DNA of 64,000 nucleotides, from the sequence record MZ475892.1; one strand, given 5' to 3'. Below are positions 8,059 to 17,509 of the stretch, one piece after another; the stretch's first letter is position 1, and each line of letters opens with the position of its first letter. The notes beneath the pieces are model-generated. The model saw only the letters and a program-made list of their open reading frames with translations. It was not told the DNA's origin and searched no databases. Position numbers and translations under genes: made by a program.

Positions 8059-9897
8059 ATGATTGAAGTAAACTGTTTCGCAGATTTACGCACTACCGCT
8101 CCAGCAAAGGCTGGCGACATGGCGTTACTGAAACGTTACTATGACAAAGACAGTTCGTTTCGTGGGGGCGGCTACTTCATCGGCTTTCCGCAGACAAAAG
8201 ATCTGCCCGCAGATGATGGTGGCATCACGGCAGTAGATGCAAACAAAAGTTTCTTCTGGAAGCGTGTTGTGAATGACCCAGAAGAGATTAACCTGTTCCA
8301 CTTTGGTGGTCGCTGCGACGGTAAGACAGATGACAGTGACGCGTTCCTGCGTAACTTCATGTGGACGTGCAAGTCTTCTGATGGCAACGATACTATCGGT
8401 GTGCGCTTCCCAACAGGCACAACGTTGATCAACCCTATCGATCTTACTCACTTGGGTGAGATACCTGTGTTCGCTATCTATGGTGACACACGTTCTGATA
8501 AGGGCTGGCGTCCTCGTGTCAAGCTGATCAGTAACCAAGGCGAAGCTACTGTATTCAAGTTCAATGCACGCCGCACTATTGTTCGTGGCCTGAACTGGAA
8601 CGGTCAGTGCTATCCTGTGAAGGACGGCAAGAAGGTAGACGTGTCCACGATCGTGGGTGCTGTCATGCCTGAGCAGCGTTCGAACAATCAGATCTTCCTT
8701 GAGAACATCTGTACGATGGGTCAGTACATTGGCATACAGTGCTTCCGTGCTGAGAGCAACGGCGGATCTGCATTGAAGTTCCAAGACACCATCGATACTT
8801 CTATCACAGAGATCTACGGCAGCAAGAGCTATGGTGCTGTGATTGAAGCCAAGTGGTCGAACACAGTGCAGGCAGGTTGGAACCACTCTACTGCTGTGCG
8901 CTTAGAGAACGGTAACTTCCAGTACGGCTACGGCCCTGCTGTGTTAGACATGCCGCGTATGACTCAGGCGTTCATGAAGAACGTCTGGATTGAGCACACG
9001 CGATTCCCAGGTAATATGAACGATGGTCAATGGGTGCTTGAAGGTAACTCGATTGAGAGTTCTGACAACCCACTCAATCTGGCTAACACTCGTTGTGTGA
9101 TCAACGGCTACTACTTCCAAGGCGTTGGTACAATGAACTTGGAACGTGCGTCAAGCCCTGACAACTGGCTGAGTGGCTACGAGCGCGGCAACATTCGTAC
9201 TGAGACGTACGGTATCATCATGACCGATTCCTGCTTCCGCGCAGGATACTACACGGGCTATAAGATTACCAACAATACAGATCAGGACAAATGGTTCTAT
9301 CTGGGCAGCTACTCATTCCCGAAAGTGAATCAAGTGTGGCAGATTGAACTGCTGGGTACTGCACCAAACGTTGTGCCTAACACGAAGCTGCAACAGCCTA
9401 CGCAGATGGACGGCATGGGTCGTCGTGTTATCACAATGCAACGCTGCATCTCACCGCAGAAGAAAGTGTATGCCGATATGCACATGGAAGGAACGGACGC
9501 AATCGCCGATGTTGTGTACCAGCGCCTGTGGGAAGACTACGGCAAGGTGTGGGTTAAGCTGAAAGCCAACAGTGGCGATACTATCTTCAACCTGACCACC
9601 ACTGGTCCAACTCGTTTCGAAGCAGGTGTTTGTACATTGTTCAGCGACGGTCCAATTGAATGCGTGGATCCCGTTCTGACCGAGATGACAACCAGTGTCG
9701 AAAAGAATCAGAAGGACTATGCGCGACCTCAGGCTCGTTTCAGTTTGCACAATGGCCTTGCAGGTGTAGGCGCAAACGAGCAGGGTCTCATCACTATTCA
9801 AACCAAAGACGCTACAGCACCGAAAGATACCACTAAGCCTGCTGGCTATGTGAGTGTCAATATCAACGGTGTTGATCGTCTCTTGCCTTACTACTAA
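8059..9897 (+). CDS. amsF: AmsF-like exopolysaccharide-associated (beta-helix) protein
   Basis: Motifs DDGG.T..WKRV, FGGRCDGKTD, FQDTIDT and WSNTVQAGWNHSTAVRLENGNF resemble Erwinia amylovoran protein AmsF and its phage homologues; no Tat leader. Confidence 0.7.
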   Translation: MIEVNCFADLRTTAPAKAGDMALLKRYYDKDSSFRGGGYFIGFPQTKDLPADDGGITAVDANKSFFWKRVVNDPEEINLFHFGGRCDGKTDDSDAFLRNFMWTCKSSDGNDTIGVRFPTGTTLINPIDLTHLGEIPVFAIYGDTRSDKGWRPRVKLISNQGEATVFKFNARRTIVRGLNWNGQCYPVKDGKKVDVSTIVGAVMPEQRSNNQIFLENICTMGQYIGIQCFRAESNGGSALKFQDTIDTSITEIYGSKSYGAVIEAKWSNTVQAGWNHSTAVRLENGNFQYGYGPAVLDMPRMTQAFMKNVWIEHTRFPGNMNDGQWVLEGNSIESSDNPLNLANTRCVINGYYFQGVGTMNLERASSPDNWLSGYERGNIRTETYGIIMTDSCFRAGYYTGYKITNNTDQDKWFYLGSYSFPKVNQVWQIELLGTAPNVVPNTKLQQPTQMDGMGRRVITMQRCISPQKKVYADMHMEGTDAIADVVYQRLWEDYGKVWVKLKANSGDTIFNLTTTGPTRFEAGVCTLFSDGPIECVDPVLTEMTTSVEKNQKDYARPQARFSLHNGLAGVGANEQGLITIQTKDATAPKDTTKPAGYVSVNINGVDRLLPYY

Positions 9898-9902
9898 CAG
9901 AC

Positions 9903-9921
9903 GAGGGGCGCAATGCCCCTC
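9903..9921 (+). terminator. Hairpin after the amsF-like gene
   Basis: GAGGGGC-GCAAT-GCCCCTC. Confidence 0.5.
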
Positions 9922-9982
9922 AACTAAGTCAAATCTCTGTACTCTCCCTAACTCAAATAAGATACGCCGCACAGCGTACTAA

Positions 9983-10036
9983 GCACTAATAAGGTCAAAA
10001 TGACCATTCTCTGCTATATGCTGCCTATGCTATAAT
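9983..10036 (+). promoter_or_regulatory. Box promoter 1
   Basis: GCACTAATA-AGGTCA-AAAT, 33-nt spacer, TGC-TATAAT. Confidence 0.7.
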
Positions 10037-10082
10037 AGTTGCGAGCGCATTGCTCAATACAATCATGCTGAGGAGCATAACA

Positions 10083-10424
10083 ATGAACGCATCTACTTTC
10101 GATTTCTCTATCATCTGCACCGAGAGCTTCAACATTAACGAGCTGAACAAAATCGCCGTTGAGCTGAACAAGCTGATCACCAACTCGCAGATCAAAATTG
10201 AAGCCGTAGAGATTGATGATGAAGGCGCCGAGTGTATTCTTCTGGCTGTCGGTCTTGATGAAGACGGCGAAGAGACTGGCGACAACGGCTACTCCCTGCA
10301 TCTGGACAACGGCGACTATCAGATCGTATATCTCGGCGTGCCGCATCCTGACTTCGATAAGCACGAACTTGCGACCAGCGACTTTGAGTTGTTCATCAAA
10401 TCAGTGAACGGCCTTGAGTTCTAA
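10083..10424 (+). CDS. Hypothetical acidic protein
   Basis: GAGGAG RBS in a hairpin; first gene after the box promoter. Confidence 0.8.
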   Translation: MNASTFDFSIICTESFNINELNKIAVELNKLITNSQIKIEAVEIDDEGAECILLAVGLDEDGEETGDNGYSLHLDNGDYQIVYLGVPHPDFDKHELATSDFELFIKSVNGLEF

Positions 10425-10444
10425 TCACTAATCTGGAGTCTAGT

Positions 10445-10798
10445 ATGCGCCCTAACGCCGCAGCACATCTCGCCGCATCTCTTGCCTTGTTTGCGAAACG
10501 TAACCGTAGAGCAAAATTCACTATCTCTACAAAATCGATAATTCAAGCGACTGATATGGGGACTGGTGCCTATATACCTGATCTATTCATTATGCAATTA
10601 GACCTAGAGTTGCGTCTACGTGGTTACATCCTGATTAAACAGGAGGAGACAAACTACATGATAATGAAAGCTAGACCCCGCAATCATGGCCTTCGCATTT
10701 CTTCAAATCATATAGATGAATATATGAACCTGCCCCTTGAGGTAGTCGATCTTCAACTCTCTGAGGCGTTGGACACAGAAGACACAGAAGAAGACTAA
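10445..10798 (+). CDS. Hypothetical protein
   Basis: GGAG RBS. Confidence 0.65.
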   Translation: MRPNAAAHLAASLALFAKRNRRAKFTISTKSIIQATDMGTGAYIPDLFIMQLDLELRLRGYILIKQEETNYMIMKARPRNHGLRISSNHIDEYMNLPLEVVDLQLSEALDTEDTEED

Positions 10799-10850
10799 CA
10801 CTAATCTGGCAGAAATCGCCGTTGTGTTTAGACGCTCAACGGCATACTAT
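10798..10850 (+). promoter_or_regulatory. Box promoter 2
   Basis: ACACTAATC-TGGCAG-AAAT, 32-nt spacer, TACTAT. Confidence 0.55.
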
Positions 10851-10899
10851 TATGTCTCTAGCGCAATGACGCGCTACAACAACGAAAGAGAGAAACAAC

Positions 10900-11154
10900 A
10901 TGAGCGAAGACGTTAAAGTAACAATCGATTTAGTAGCTGACTTTGTATCACGCACCGAAGTTGTGTTTGAAGACGGTCAATCATCTAATGACTGGCTCGC
11001 GCCGTATGATCTGCGCCTGAACGTAACTGAGCCTCAAGGGCCGAACGGCTACCCCGAAGTTGAAATCGTCGGCCAGCGCGATAACGTCTTGCGCTTCTTT
11101 GATGAGCAGATGCCTGACAGCGACATTACAGAAGACTCGCTTGAATCTGCCTAA
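10900..11154 (+). CDS. Hypothetical protein
   Basis: 84-aa acidic ORF. Confidence 0.7.
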   Translation: MSEDVKVTIDLVADFVSRTEVVFEDGQSSNDWLAPYDLRLNVTEPQGPNGYPEVEIVGQRDNVLRFFDEQMPDSDITEDSLESA

Positions 11155-11213
11155 GCAACAAACAACACTGTGGCGTTACGGCACCACTTTTCTATTTCTG
11201 ATCTGAGGTCAAT

Positions 11214-11753
11214 ATGAAACAAAAATTCTTATTCTTGCGCATGAGCCGACACGAGCTGAATCAGCATTTGTTTTTACTTCGTGGCATGAGCCGTGAGCGT
11301 CTTGAATCATTTACTGGCATTATCGCCGTTGTCAAAGACGATACGACGATGGCGAACATCGATGATACTGACCTGTATTATTTCAGCGAAGTAACAGCCG
11401 AAGAGACAACATCAGAGACGCAACAAACCTGGTGGAACCTGATTCATTACTACGACAATCAGATTGCTATCGGCTCACTCCCACGTATAGAGCCGCTGCT
11501 GCCTGACGATTTAGTTGAGCGCATCAAAACAACTCGCAGCAATCGCTTCTACTACGAGTTCGATACGCAAATGCCAGAAGTGTTGGCCACTGTTGATCTT
11601 GACCTACACTTCTTGCCGTCTGCCGCTCAGCCTCGTGTGAAGAAGCCTAAAGAAGAACAGCCAGAAGTTAATCCCCTGGCCGCATACACAGTCGAACAAC
11701 TGTGTGCCGAACTGCGTACTCGCCTGAGTGCAAAAATCACTATCGAATTTTAA
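11214..11753 (+). CDS. Hypothetical protein
   Basis: GAGG RBS; 179 aa. Confidence 0.75.
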   Translation: MKQKFLFLRMSRHELNQHLFLLRGMSRERLESFTGIIAVVKDDTTMANIDDTDLYYFSEVTAEETTSETQQTWWNLIHYYDNQIAIGSLPRIEPLLPDDLVERIKTTRSNRFYYEFDTQMPEVLATVDLDLHFLPSAAQPRVKKPKEEQPEVNPLAAYTVEQLCAELRTRLSAKITIEF

Positions 11754-11794
11754 TCAACTAGCACAGGGACGTGCCTCTAACTGAGATCAAAACT

Positions 11795-12400
11795 ATGTTC
11801 ACCAAAGCATTCTTCTTCAAAACTAACTACTCTGTATTGGCCGAAGGTGAGTTCGCGCTGCCTGTTGACTCACTGACCTCTCTCGTCAACTCGCGTATTT
11901 TCATCTGCATCACAGAAGACAACCTGCGCTTCGCACTGACCAACATCACTGTGCAGCCGATTCGCAATGGCTTCTTGCGCGTTGGCTTCGAGCCGAAGAC
12001 TGACGTGAATGCAATCACTACTCCAATCATCACGCCTAAAACGATGTGGAGCGAATATGATTTTGATGCGTGCAGTGTTGAAAACATCCCGTCATTCAAT
12101 ATCAGTACGCATGAAGACAAGAACAACGAACAACTGATTGCACTGTCATATGACCTTCGTATGGCTCTCATGCATTATCGTGAAGGCATGTACTGCGTGA
12201 CCGACATCGTTTTGCGCCTGCATGAGCATGGCATCTTTGTCGTAGATATTGATCAGAATCTCAAGGTTGCTCTCTCGCCTATCGCCGTGCTTAGCGAACG
12301 ACCTACACATGCGGTCAGTCTGAGTAAAGACAACGGTGTGCTGTCTCGCATTGATGACTTCGAACTGCCTGATCTCGCCAAACTGATCGTCCTACTGTAA
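11795..12400 (+). CDS. Hypothetical protein (start uncertain, 11771 or 11795)
   Basis: Long co-directional ORF. Confidence 0.7.
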   Translation: MFTKAFFFKTNYSVLAEGEFALPVDSLTSLVNSRIFICITEDNLRFALTNITVQPIRNGFLRVGFEPKTDVNAITTPIITPKTMWSEYDFDACSVENIPSFNISTHEDKNNEQLIALSYDLRMALMHYREGMYCVTDIVLRLHEHGIFVVDIDQNLKVALSPIAVLSERPTHAVSLSKDNGVLSRIDDFELPDLAKLIVLL

Positions 12401-12452
12401 ACAAACAACTCTAGCCTCGCATCGTGCGGGGCTTTCTGCTTTGGAGAATACC

Positions 12453-12713
12453 ATGTATCAATATGACCGCGATGAATTGAATGATCTGCCGCTTGACGTG
12501 CTGCATAGCGAAGCTGAAAAGCGTGGCTTGCTCGCTGACCTGGACGACGATGATGATTGTCCTGACCGTGCAGTGCTGGTGGGCATGATCATTGATGATC
12601 AGAACGAGCGCAATGCCGAAGACGAAGAGGAAGAGCAGCGCCGTCAGATGCAAGATGACGCTGACGATCACCGTCGCATGTTAGACGAACGCGACGGCTC
12701 AGACGACTGCTAA
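12453..12713 (+). CDS. Small acidic protein with an HeH-like module
   Basis: GGAGA RBS; LNDLPLDVLHSEAEKRGL..DRAVLVGMI. Confidence 0.7.
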   Translation: MYQYDRDELNDLPLDVLHSEAEKRGLLADLDDDDDCPDRAVLVGMIIDDQNERNAEDEEEEQRRQMQDDADDHRRMLDERDGSDDC

Positions 12714-12714
12714 C

Positions 12715-13053
12715 ATGCTATACTCTGGGCAGCAATACGATACACTCAGTCCTGACCAGTTGAATGAGTGTTTCAATCTGATTGAAAGTTGCATGGTGGC
12801 CTCTGGCTGCCGTGGCTTTCAGATAGTGTTATCACCATCTGGTCATGGCGATTGTCGTAGCGTCGTCCACATTCAGCACCCACAGTATGCAGGTCACATT
12901 GAGTTCCCCTCAGTTGACCGTGATACTTTTCGTGTAACACTCGTCGCAACACGCGGTTGCTATGACAGCCGCACAGTGTTCGTACCAAATTCAGATACAG
13001 CCTATTCAGTGATAGGTCTGTATCTCTCAAACTTTATAGGGGCTACAAAATGA
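12715..13053 (+). CDS. Hypothetical protein
   Basis: Abuts its neighbours. Confidence 0.65.
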   Translation: MLYSGQQYDTLSPDQLNECFNLIESCMVASGCRGFQIVLSPSGHGDCRSVVHIQHPQYAGHIEFPSVDRDTFRVTLVATRGCYDSRTVFVPNSDTAYSVIGLYLSNFIGATK

Positions 13054-13394
13054 AACGCCGCGTTATTCGTATCGATCAGTCAGAGTTCAACGGTGAAGCG
13101 CTTGTCTTCCCACCATCATTCAACATCACCGGCATTGACGTTGTGGTGCTTGTGACCGTGAAGCACGAAGATTTCGGTGGCTTGAAGTTTCAAGATACCT
13201 ATCGTGTGAACGAACTACGTGTAAGCGAACATACAAATCCCCTGCGTCAGGAGATTGAGATCGTAGAGTACAGCAAACTGCCGAACGATGAAGCAATCTT
13301 CACACGACTACTCGACGTTGATTATTTCGACGACGACATTGCAGAGCGTGACCTGCGTCTGTACGATGCACCGACCACAATCGTCACTGCGTAA
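13050..13394 (+). CDS. Hypothetical protein
   Basis: ATGA overlap with the upstream gene. Confidence 0.7.
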   Translation: MKRRVIRIDQSEFNGEALVFPPSFNITGIDVVVLVTVKHEDFGGLKFQDTYRVNELRVSEHTNPLRQEIEIVEYSKLPNDEAIFTRLLDVDYFDDDIAERDLRLYDAPTTIVTA

Positions 13395-13402
13395 TAATCT
13401 TT

Positions 13403-13429
13403 AGGGCTGCCATCTTGGTGGCCCTTTTT
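13403..13429 (+). terminator. Intrinsic terminator
   Basis: AGGGCTGCCA-TCT-TGGTGGCCCT followed by TTTT. Confidence 0.8.
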
Positions 13430-13433
13430 GTTT

Positions 13434-13441
13434 TCTGTAAA
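13434..13441 (+). promoter_or_regulatory. TCTGTAAA motif
   Basis: Directly after a terminator and upstream of the next operon. Confidence 0.5.
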
Positions 13442-13477
13442 CTACACGCACAATCCCAACAATGCGAGAACGCACAG

Positions 13478-13852
13478 ATGCCAAAGCGCCGCTTTTATTT
13501 GATGTTCTTTATCAGTCAGGCAGAACTCGACGCCAAGACTTTCTATCAACACAACATGCGCATCCTGACAACGATACGCCGCACACGCTGCATCTTCCTT
13601 GTGGTAAGAGAGACTGGTGAAGTCTATGTGCCAGGCAGCGCCGTGTATCAGTCTGCAATCGAAGAAGATCTAACGCAGATGGTCTTTGACGATCTGCACA
13701 AGGCCACCGAGTCTGTGAATGCGGTTGAGTCCTTTGCTCAAGCCATCGCAGTAAACAAAAACGATAAGACAGTTCGCTACTGCGGCCGCAATCCAGAGGT
13801 GAGTGTCGTCTTCTTTGATCGCATGTTCACGAAAGTGGAGGTTCATATATGA
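13478..13852 (+). CDS. Hypothetical protein (start uncertain)
   Basis: ORF downstream of the terminator. Confidence 0.6.
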   Translation: MPKRRFYLMFFISQAELDAKTFYQHNMRILTTIRRTRCIFLVVRETGEVYVPGSAVYQSAIEEDLTQMVFDDLHKATESVNAVESFAQAIAVNKNDKTVRYCGRNPEVSVVFFDRMFTKVEVHI

Positions 13853-14124
13853 GTTACGATCCGCCTAAGCCAACTACGTCTCTTGGCGCTTCTCTTGCTT
13901 CGCGTTGTGCTCACTCCACCAGAGAGAAAGCGAATAAGACGCGCAAGAAATACCCCGCGACAAAGACTGTGGTTGCTACACTGACCGCACCTATGCACGC
14001 TGCTGTGCAACGTCTCGCTAACAGTCGTGGCCTGTCTATTCAGAAGTGTCTGGTGCGTATGCTTGAAGCCGAGTTGGCGAAAGAGGGTATCACTTACGCT
14101 AAAGAACAGGACGAAGACGAATGA
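13849..14124 (+). CDS. Ribbon-helix-helix-like DNA-binding protein
   Basis: TVVATLTAPMHAAVQRLANSRGLSIQKCLVRMLE follows the RHH pattern. Confidence 0.55.
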   Translation: MSYDPPKPTTSLGASLASRCAHSTREKANKTRKKYPATKTVVATLTAPMHAAVQRLANSRGLSIQKCLVRMLEAELAKEGITYAKEQDEDE

Positions 14125-14756
14125 AACGTTTAGGTACAGTCATGGCGTTAGGTCTAAAAGACAAAGCGCCAAAGAACACTGACCTCGACATTACGCCCGT
14201 TTCGAAAGATTCAGAATGGGGCTCTTTGAGTCCCTTTCACTTGGGGCCGTGTCGAAGCGCAGATGGTATTATGTTCCACAACTTCGAAAACCTCTGGCAG
14301 TATAGCAAGGTCTACGAAGAACATTTGGAGAACACAAACCTCATCCTCGCTGGAGAGATAAACGCTGATTGGTATCAGTGGCATCTTAAAGGTGCAAGAT
14401 CAAAACAGGCGCATCGCTATCCTATGGGAAAAGGCCAGAAGGCTTTATTCTCCAAATGGGGCGACTTGCGCCTTTCGTACATTCCCGCACGTAAACAGAT
14501 CTATGTTCCAGGCTATGCCGAGCTACTTCTGCCTCAAAAGAAATTCAAACAACTCCTCAAGCAATACAAGGCCGGTGCCAACATAATCGTCAGGGACTAC
14601 GACACCTACGATCTGCTGAAAGCATATCCCAATTCTAATCGCATGTGGCTTGATGCTCTCAACAACCCAAACGCCAAGTTCGGTCACAGTTTCGTGATCG
14701 CCCTTGCTCTCATACTGCACGACAGACCTCTATGGTACAATCAATGGGTGATATAA
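14121..14756 (+). CDS. DUF6939-like protein
   Basis: SKDSEWGSLSPF, ENLWQYSKVY, YPMGKG, ARKQIYVPGY, DYD and GHSF motifs (family recalled, not searched). Confidence 0.5.
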   Translation: MKRLGTVMALGLKDKAPKNTDLDITPVSKDSEWGSLSPFHLGPCRSADGIMFHNFENLWQYSKVYEEHLENTNLILAGEINADWYQWHLKGARSKQAHRYPMGKGQKALFSKWGDLRLSYIPARKQIYVPGYAELLLPQKKFKQLLKQYKAGANIIVRDYDTYDLLKAYPNSNRMWLDALNNPNAKFGHSFVIALALILHDRPLWYNQWVI

Positions 14757-15055
14757 TCTACGAATGGGTCCACGACCTTGAAGGTAACGAAAGTCAGAAT
14801 CTGCCTATCTTGCCTCCAGACATTTATGCGTATGTGCGCGATGCCGTCACTGGCGCACGTACTCCAATCAACTTTGAAGGACGCACCGAGTTACAGCGTC
14901 AAGACAAGAAAGTCATAGGCGTTGTCTATTGGTCTAATCGAGCTAATCTGATTTCATGGACGGGCGTCGAGCGCTTTCGTTTTACGCTGTATGTAGTACG
15001 CGCCTCACGTAAGTCAAATGAGCAACAGGAGGAAGCTCAAGTCTGCACTAATTAG
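14744..15055 (+). CDS. Hypothetical protein
   Basis: Overlaps the upstream stop; its 3' end runs into box promoter 3. Confidence 0.5.
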   Translation: MGDIIYEWVHDLEGNESQNLPILPPDIYAYVRDAVTGARTPINFEGRTELQRQDKKVIGVVYWSNRANLISWTGVERFRFTLYVVRASRKSNEQQEEAQVCTN

Positions 15056-15097
15056 GCTGAAATAGCTATCGCGCATAATACGCTCCTGTGCTATACT
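15045..15097 (+). promoter_or_regulatory. Box promoter 3
   Basis: GCACTAATT-AGGCTG-AAAT, 32-nt spacer, TGC-TATACT. Confidence 0.6.
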
Positions 15098-15142
15098 CAT
15101 AGACGAAGCAACACATAATCTATTCACGCTAAGGAGCGTATT

Positions 15143-15574
15143 ATGACTATCAACAAGTTTGACTTTCAAACACTGACTACCCCAGAACAATGGTCTTCCG
15201 CTGCTTGGGGTTTCTATCGTGACTTCGCAGATCGTTTGCGTGATACTATCGGCCGCGATGATCTTTACTTCGACATTGAAGTTGATGGTGGCAGCGATAG
15301 CGACCAAGTTGCCGAAGAGATGGTCGATGATGGTGTGATTCATTTACTCATCTCGTACAAAAACGAAGATGAAGATTTCATTAACGCCAAAGGCGTCTGG
15401 CTGTTCCAAGTCACTTACCCAACAGAAAGTGATATTGACGGTGAGTGGTCTAACCGCTTCGTGGTAGATGTGCAGACTGTTGATATGGAAATCTTAGAGC
15501 TGGTGGACTTTGATAACGGCCACCCACGTTTGCTTGAAGATATTGCAGCGCGTGTTAATCACTGGTTAGTGTAA
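15143..15574 (+). CDS. Hypothetical acidic protein
   Basis: AAGGAG RBS in a hairpin. Confidence 0.8.
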   Translation: MTINKFDFQTLTTPEQWSSAAWGFYRDFADRLRDTIGRDDLYFDIEVDGGSDSDQVAEEMVDDGVIHLLISYKNEDEDFINAKGVWLFQVTYPTESDIDGEWSNRFVVDVQTVDMEILELVDFDNGHPRLLEDIAARVNHWLV

Positions 15575-15639
15575 TTGCTTGCGGGTCTTTTACGAAGGGC
15601 CCGTCGTCAACAACACAAACCTGTTCTGAGGAGAACAAC

Positions 15640-15957
15640 ATGTCATCATCTACTGAATTTCATTTCATCTTTCCAGAGTCAACCACTCTTATCGTTACTG
15701 TGGGTAACGGCATCGTCCCTGAGTATATGGGCATCCCTGCTAATCAAGAAACCCACCTGACGGGTGAGACTGCATTCAACTTTATGCAGAACTCTAACAT
15801 CGTGGGCGTTATGAATCGTTTTGATCAGTCGCTTCTCAATCTGCTTATTGATCGCCATGAGCAGAACGAAGAAGAGGAGAGTGCGCTGCGCCAAGCACAC
15901 ATGCAGAAGCACACGAAGAACTTCGGCGTGTATCTGCTGATTAAACATCACCGCTAA
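15640..15957 (+). CDS. Hypothetical protein
   Basis: GAGGAG RBS in a hairpin. Confidence 0.75.
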   Translation: MSSSTEFHFIFPESTTLIVTVGNGIVPEYMGIPANQETHLTGETAFNFMQNSNIVGVMNRFDQSLLNLLIDRHEQNEEEESALRQAHMQKHTKNFGVYLLIKHHR

Positions 15958-16022
15958 GATTTGTGAAGGGCATTCGTTGCTGAGTGCTCTTTGAAAATCA
16001 ACCCTGTTCTGAGGAGAACAAT

Positions 16023-16433
16023 ATGAAACATCCACAACCTGGCTCTGTATACACCCTGCGTGAAATGCTGACTGAACTGAGTCTGCGCGACACGCCGAAT
16101 CTCGGCTTCACTCCTGTTTCTGTGCGCTATCCAGAAACGAAGGAGATTCGCCAGCAGACGATTCAGGATTCGCATCTGACAGAAGAAGAAATGCTCGCTC
16201 TTCCGGGCTGGGCAGAAACGAAGTGGCGCTACATTCGTGAAACCCACGAGTGGATCCCTGTGTTCGTCGCTGTTGACAATGCAGAGATTGAAGCGCTGTG
16301 TGTTATCGAACCCTACACGGACCGCTACTTCCGTAATGAGGGTATCATGCACGTTTACCCACGCGGCGTTGAGCGCGCACAGCATAAAGCGTATGACCCA
16401 GAAACGCACGGCACACTGGTTAAAGTGGCCTAA
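16023..16433 (+). CDS. Hypothetical protein
   Basis: GAGGAG RBS in a hairpin. Confidence 0.8.
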   Translation: MKHPQPGSVYTLREMLTELSLRDTPNLGFTPVSVRYPETKEIRQQTIQDSHLTEEEMLALPGWAETKWRYIRETHEWIPVFVAVDNAEIEALCVIEPYTDRYFRNEGIMHVYPRGVERAQHKAYDPETHGTLVKVA

Positions 16434-16447
16434 GCACAAACTACCTC

Positions 16448-16469
16448 AAGCGGCTTACGGGCCGCTTTT
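16448..16469 (+). terminator. Intrinsic terminator
   Basis: AGCGGCT-TACG-GGCCGCT followed by TTT. Confidence 0.65.
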
Positions 16470-16490
16470 CTTAAACATCAGGAGTCTATC

Positions 16491-17012
16491 ATGAAAACCA
16501 CCGACGTAGTTCATATCGCTCATCACCTCATGACCCATCTCGCATCGGCTCGTCTCATCAGTGCATTGACTTTCATCGGTCAGGACGCTGTGCGTTTCAA
16601 AGTTGGTTCGCAGACGTTTGACGTTCGTGGGCGTCACCCAAGCTTCATCGTCCATCAAGTTGAGGGTGGCTGCTTGTGTGCAGACGCAGACTCTGCCGAG
16701 ATCGAAGCGCAGTTGAACGGTGACCCAATATCGAGTATGCGTGATCAACTGCCGCATCCTGAGAACGTGCAATCTGCTATCATCGATCACGTCAACTCCA
16801 TGCCGGACAAAGACGTGCAGAACTTTAGCGAGCATCAGGGTGGCCCAGACATGGACACGATGTTTGAGCAGCGTCTGTGGTTGAAGAACTGGTTGATTAG
16901 TCGTTCAATCGTACTCGCCGACATGCTCGACATTGTTGCGTTTCTTGAAGGCACTGAGCGCCGTAACTCACTGGCTATGGCAATTGAACTCAACAAAGGG
17001 AAACGCGCATGA
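16491..17012 (+). CDS. Hypothetical protein
   Basis: AGGAG RBS. Confidence 0.75.
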   Translation: MKTTDVVHIAHHLMTHLASARLISALTFIGQDAVRFKVGSQTFDVRGRHPSFIVHQVEGGCLCADADSAEIEAQLNGDPISSMRDQLPHPENVQSAIIDHVNSMPDKDVQNFSEHQGGPDMDTMFEQRLWLKNWLISRSIVLADMLDIVAFLEGTERRNSLAMAIELNKGKRA

Positions 17013-17509
17013 ACTTTGTACGCAGACTTAAAGCAATCGACCAGTTGCCGTTAATCACTGGTCAGTATTACAATGCGCAGGCCATGGCAGAACAATCAGC
17101 ATTCGGCTCGTGTGCGTTTCACATAACTGATCGTGTGGAGCTCGACGGCATCTCGATGTATATCCGCTTCCGTACTAATCAGCAACGTCTGTGGATGCAT
17201 CCTGTTTTGATACTCGCATCAATCGACATTGAACATCAGGGCTGCGGTATCTTCACTGAGCTTCTCGCAGAAGCCCAACGCGTATGTCGTGAGAACAAGT
17301 GGGTGCTGCAAATTGAGAACGTGCTTGAGCAACGCTTCCGCCGTTTCCTGTTTGATCGTTCGTTCGAAACTATCGGCGTCGATAAAGATTGTGCGCACGG
17401 TAGCATGTTCTGGTTCTTTGATGAGAAGATCAAAGAGAACGCAACGCAGTTCCAAGCGATGGAAGAAAACATCCGAGAACGCGCCGCTGCACAGAAGGCA
17501 ACAACATGA
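17009..17509 (+). CDS. GNAT-family acetyltransferase
   Basis: Acetyl-CoA-binding motif A (ASIDIEHQGCGIFTELL) and downstream ENV..QRFRRFL..RSF. Confidence 0.65.
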   Translation: MNFVRRLKAIDQLPLITGQYYNAQAMAEQSAFGSCAFHITDRVELDGISMYIRFRTNQQRLWMHPVLILASIDIEHQGCGIFTELLAEAQRVCRENKWVLQIENVLEQRFRRFLFDRSFETIGVDKDCAHGSMFWFFDEKIKENATQFQAMEENIRERAAAQKATT

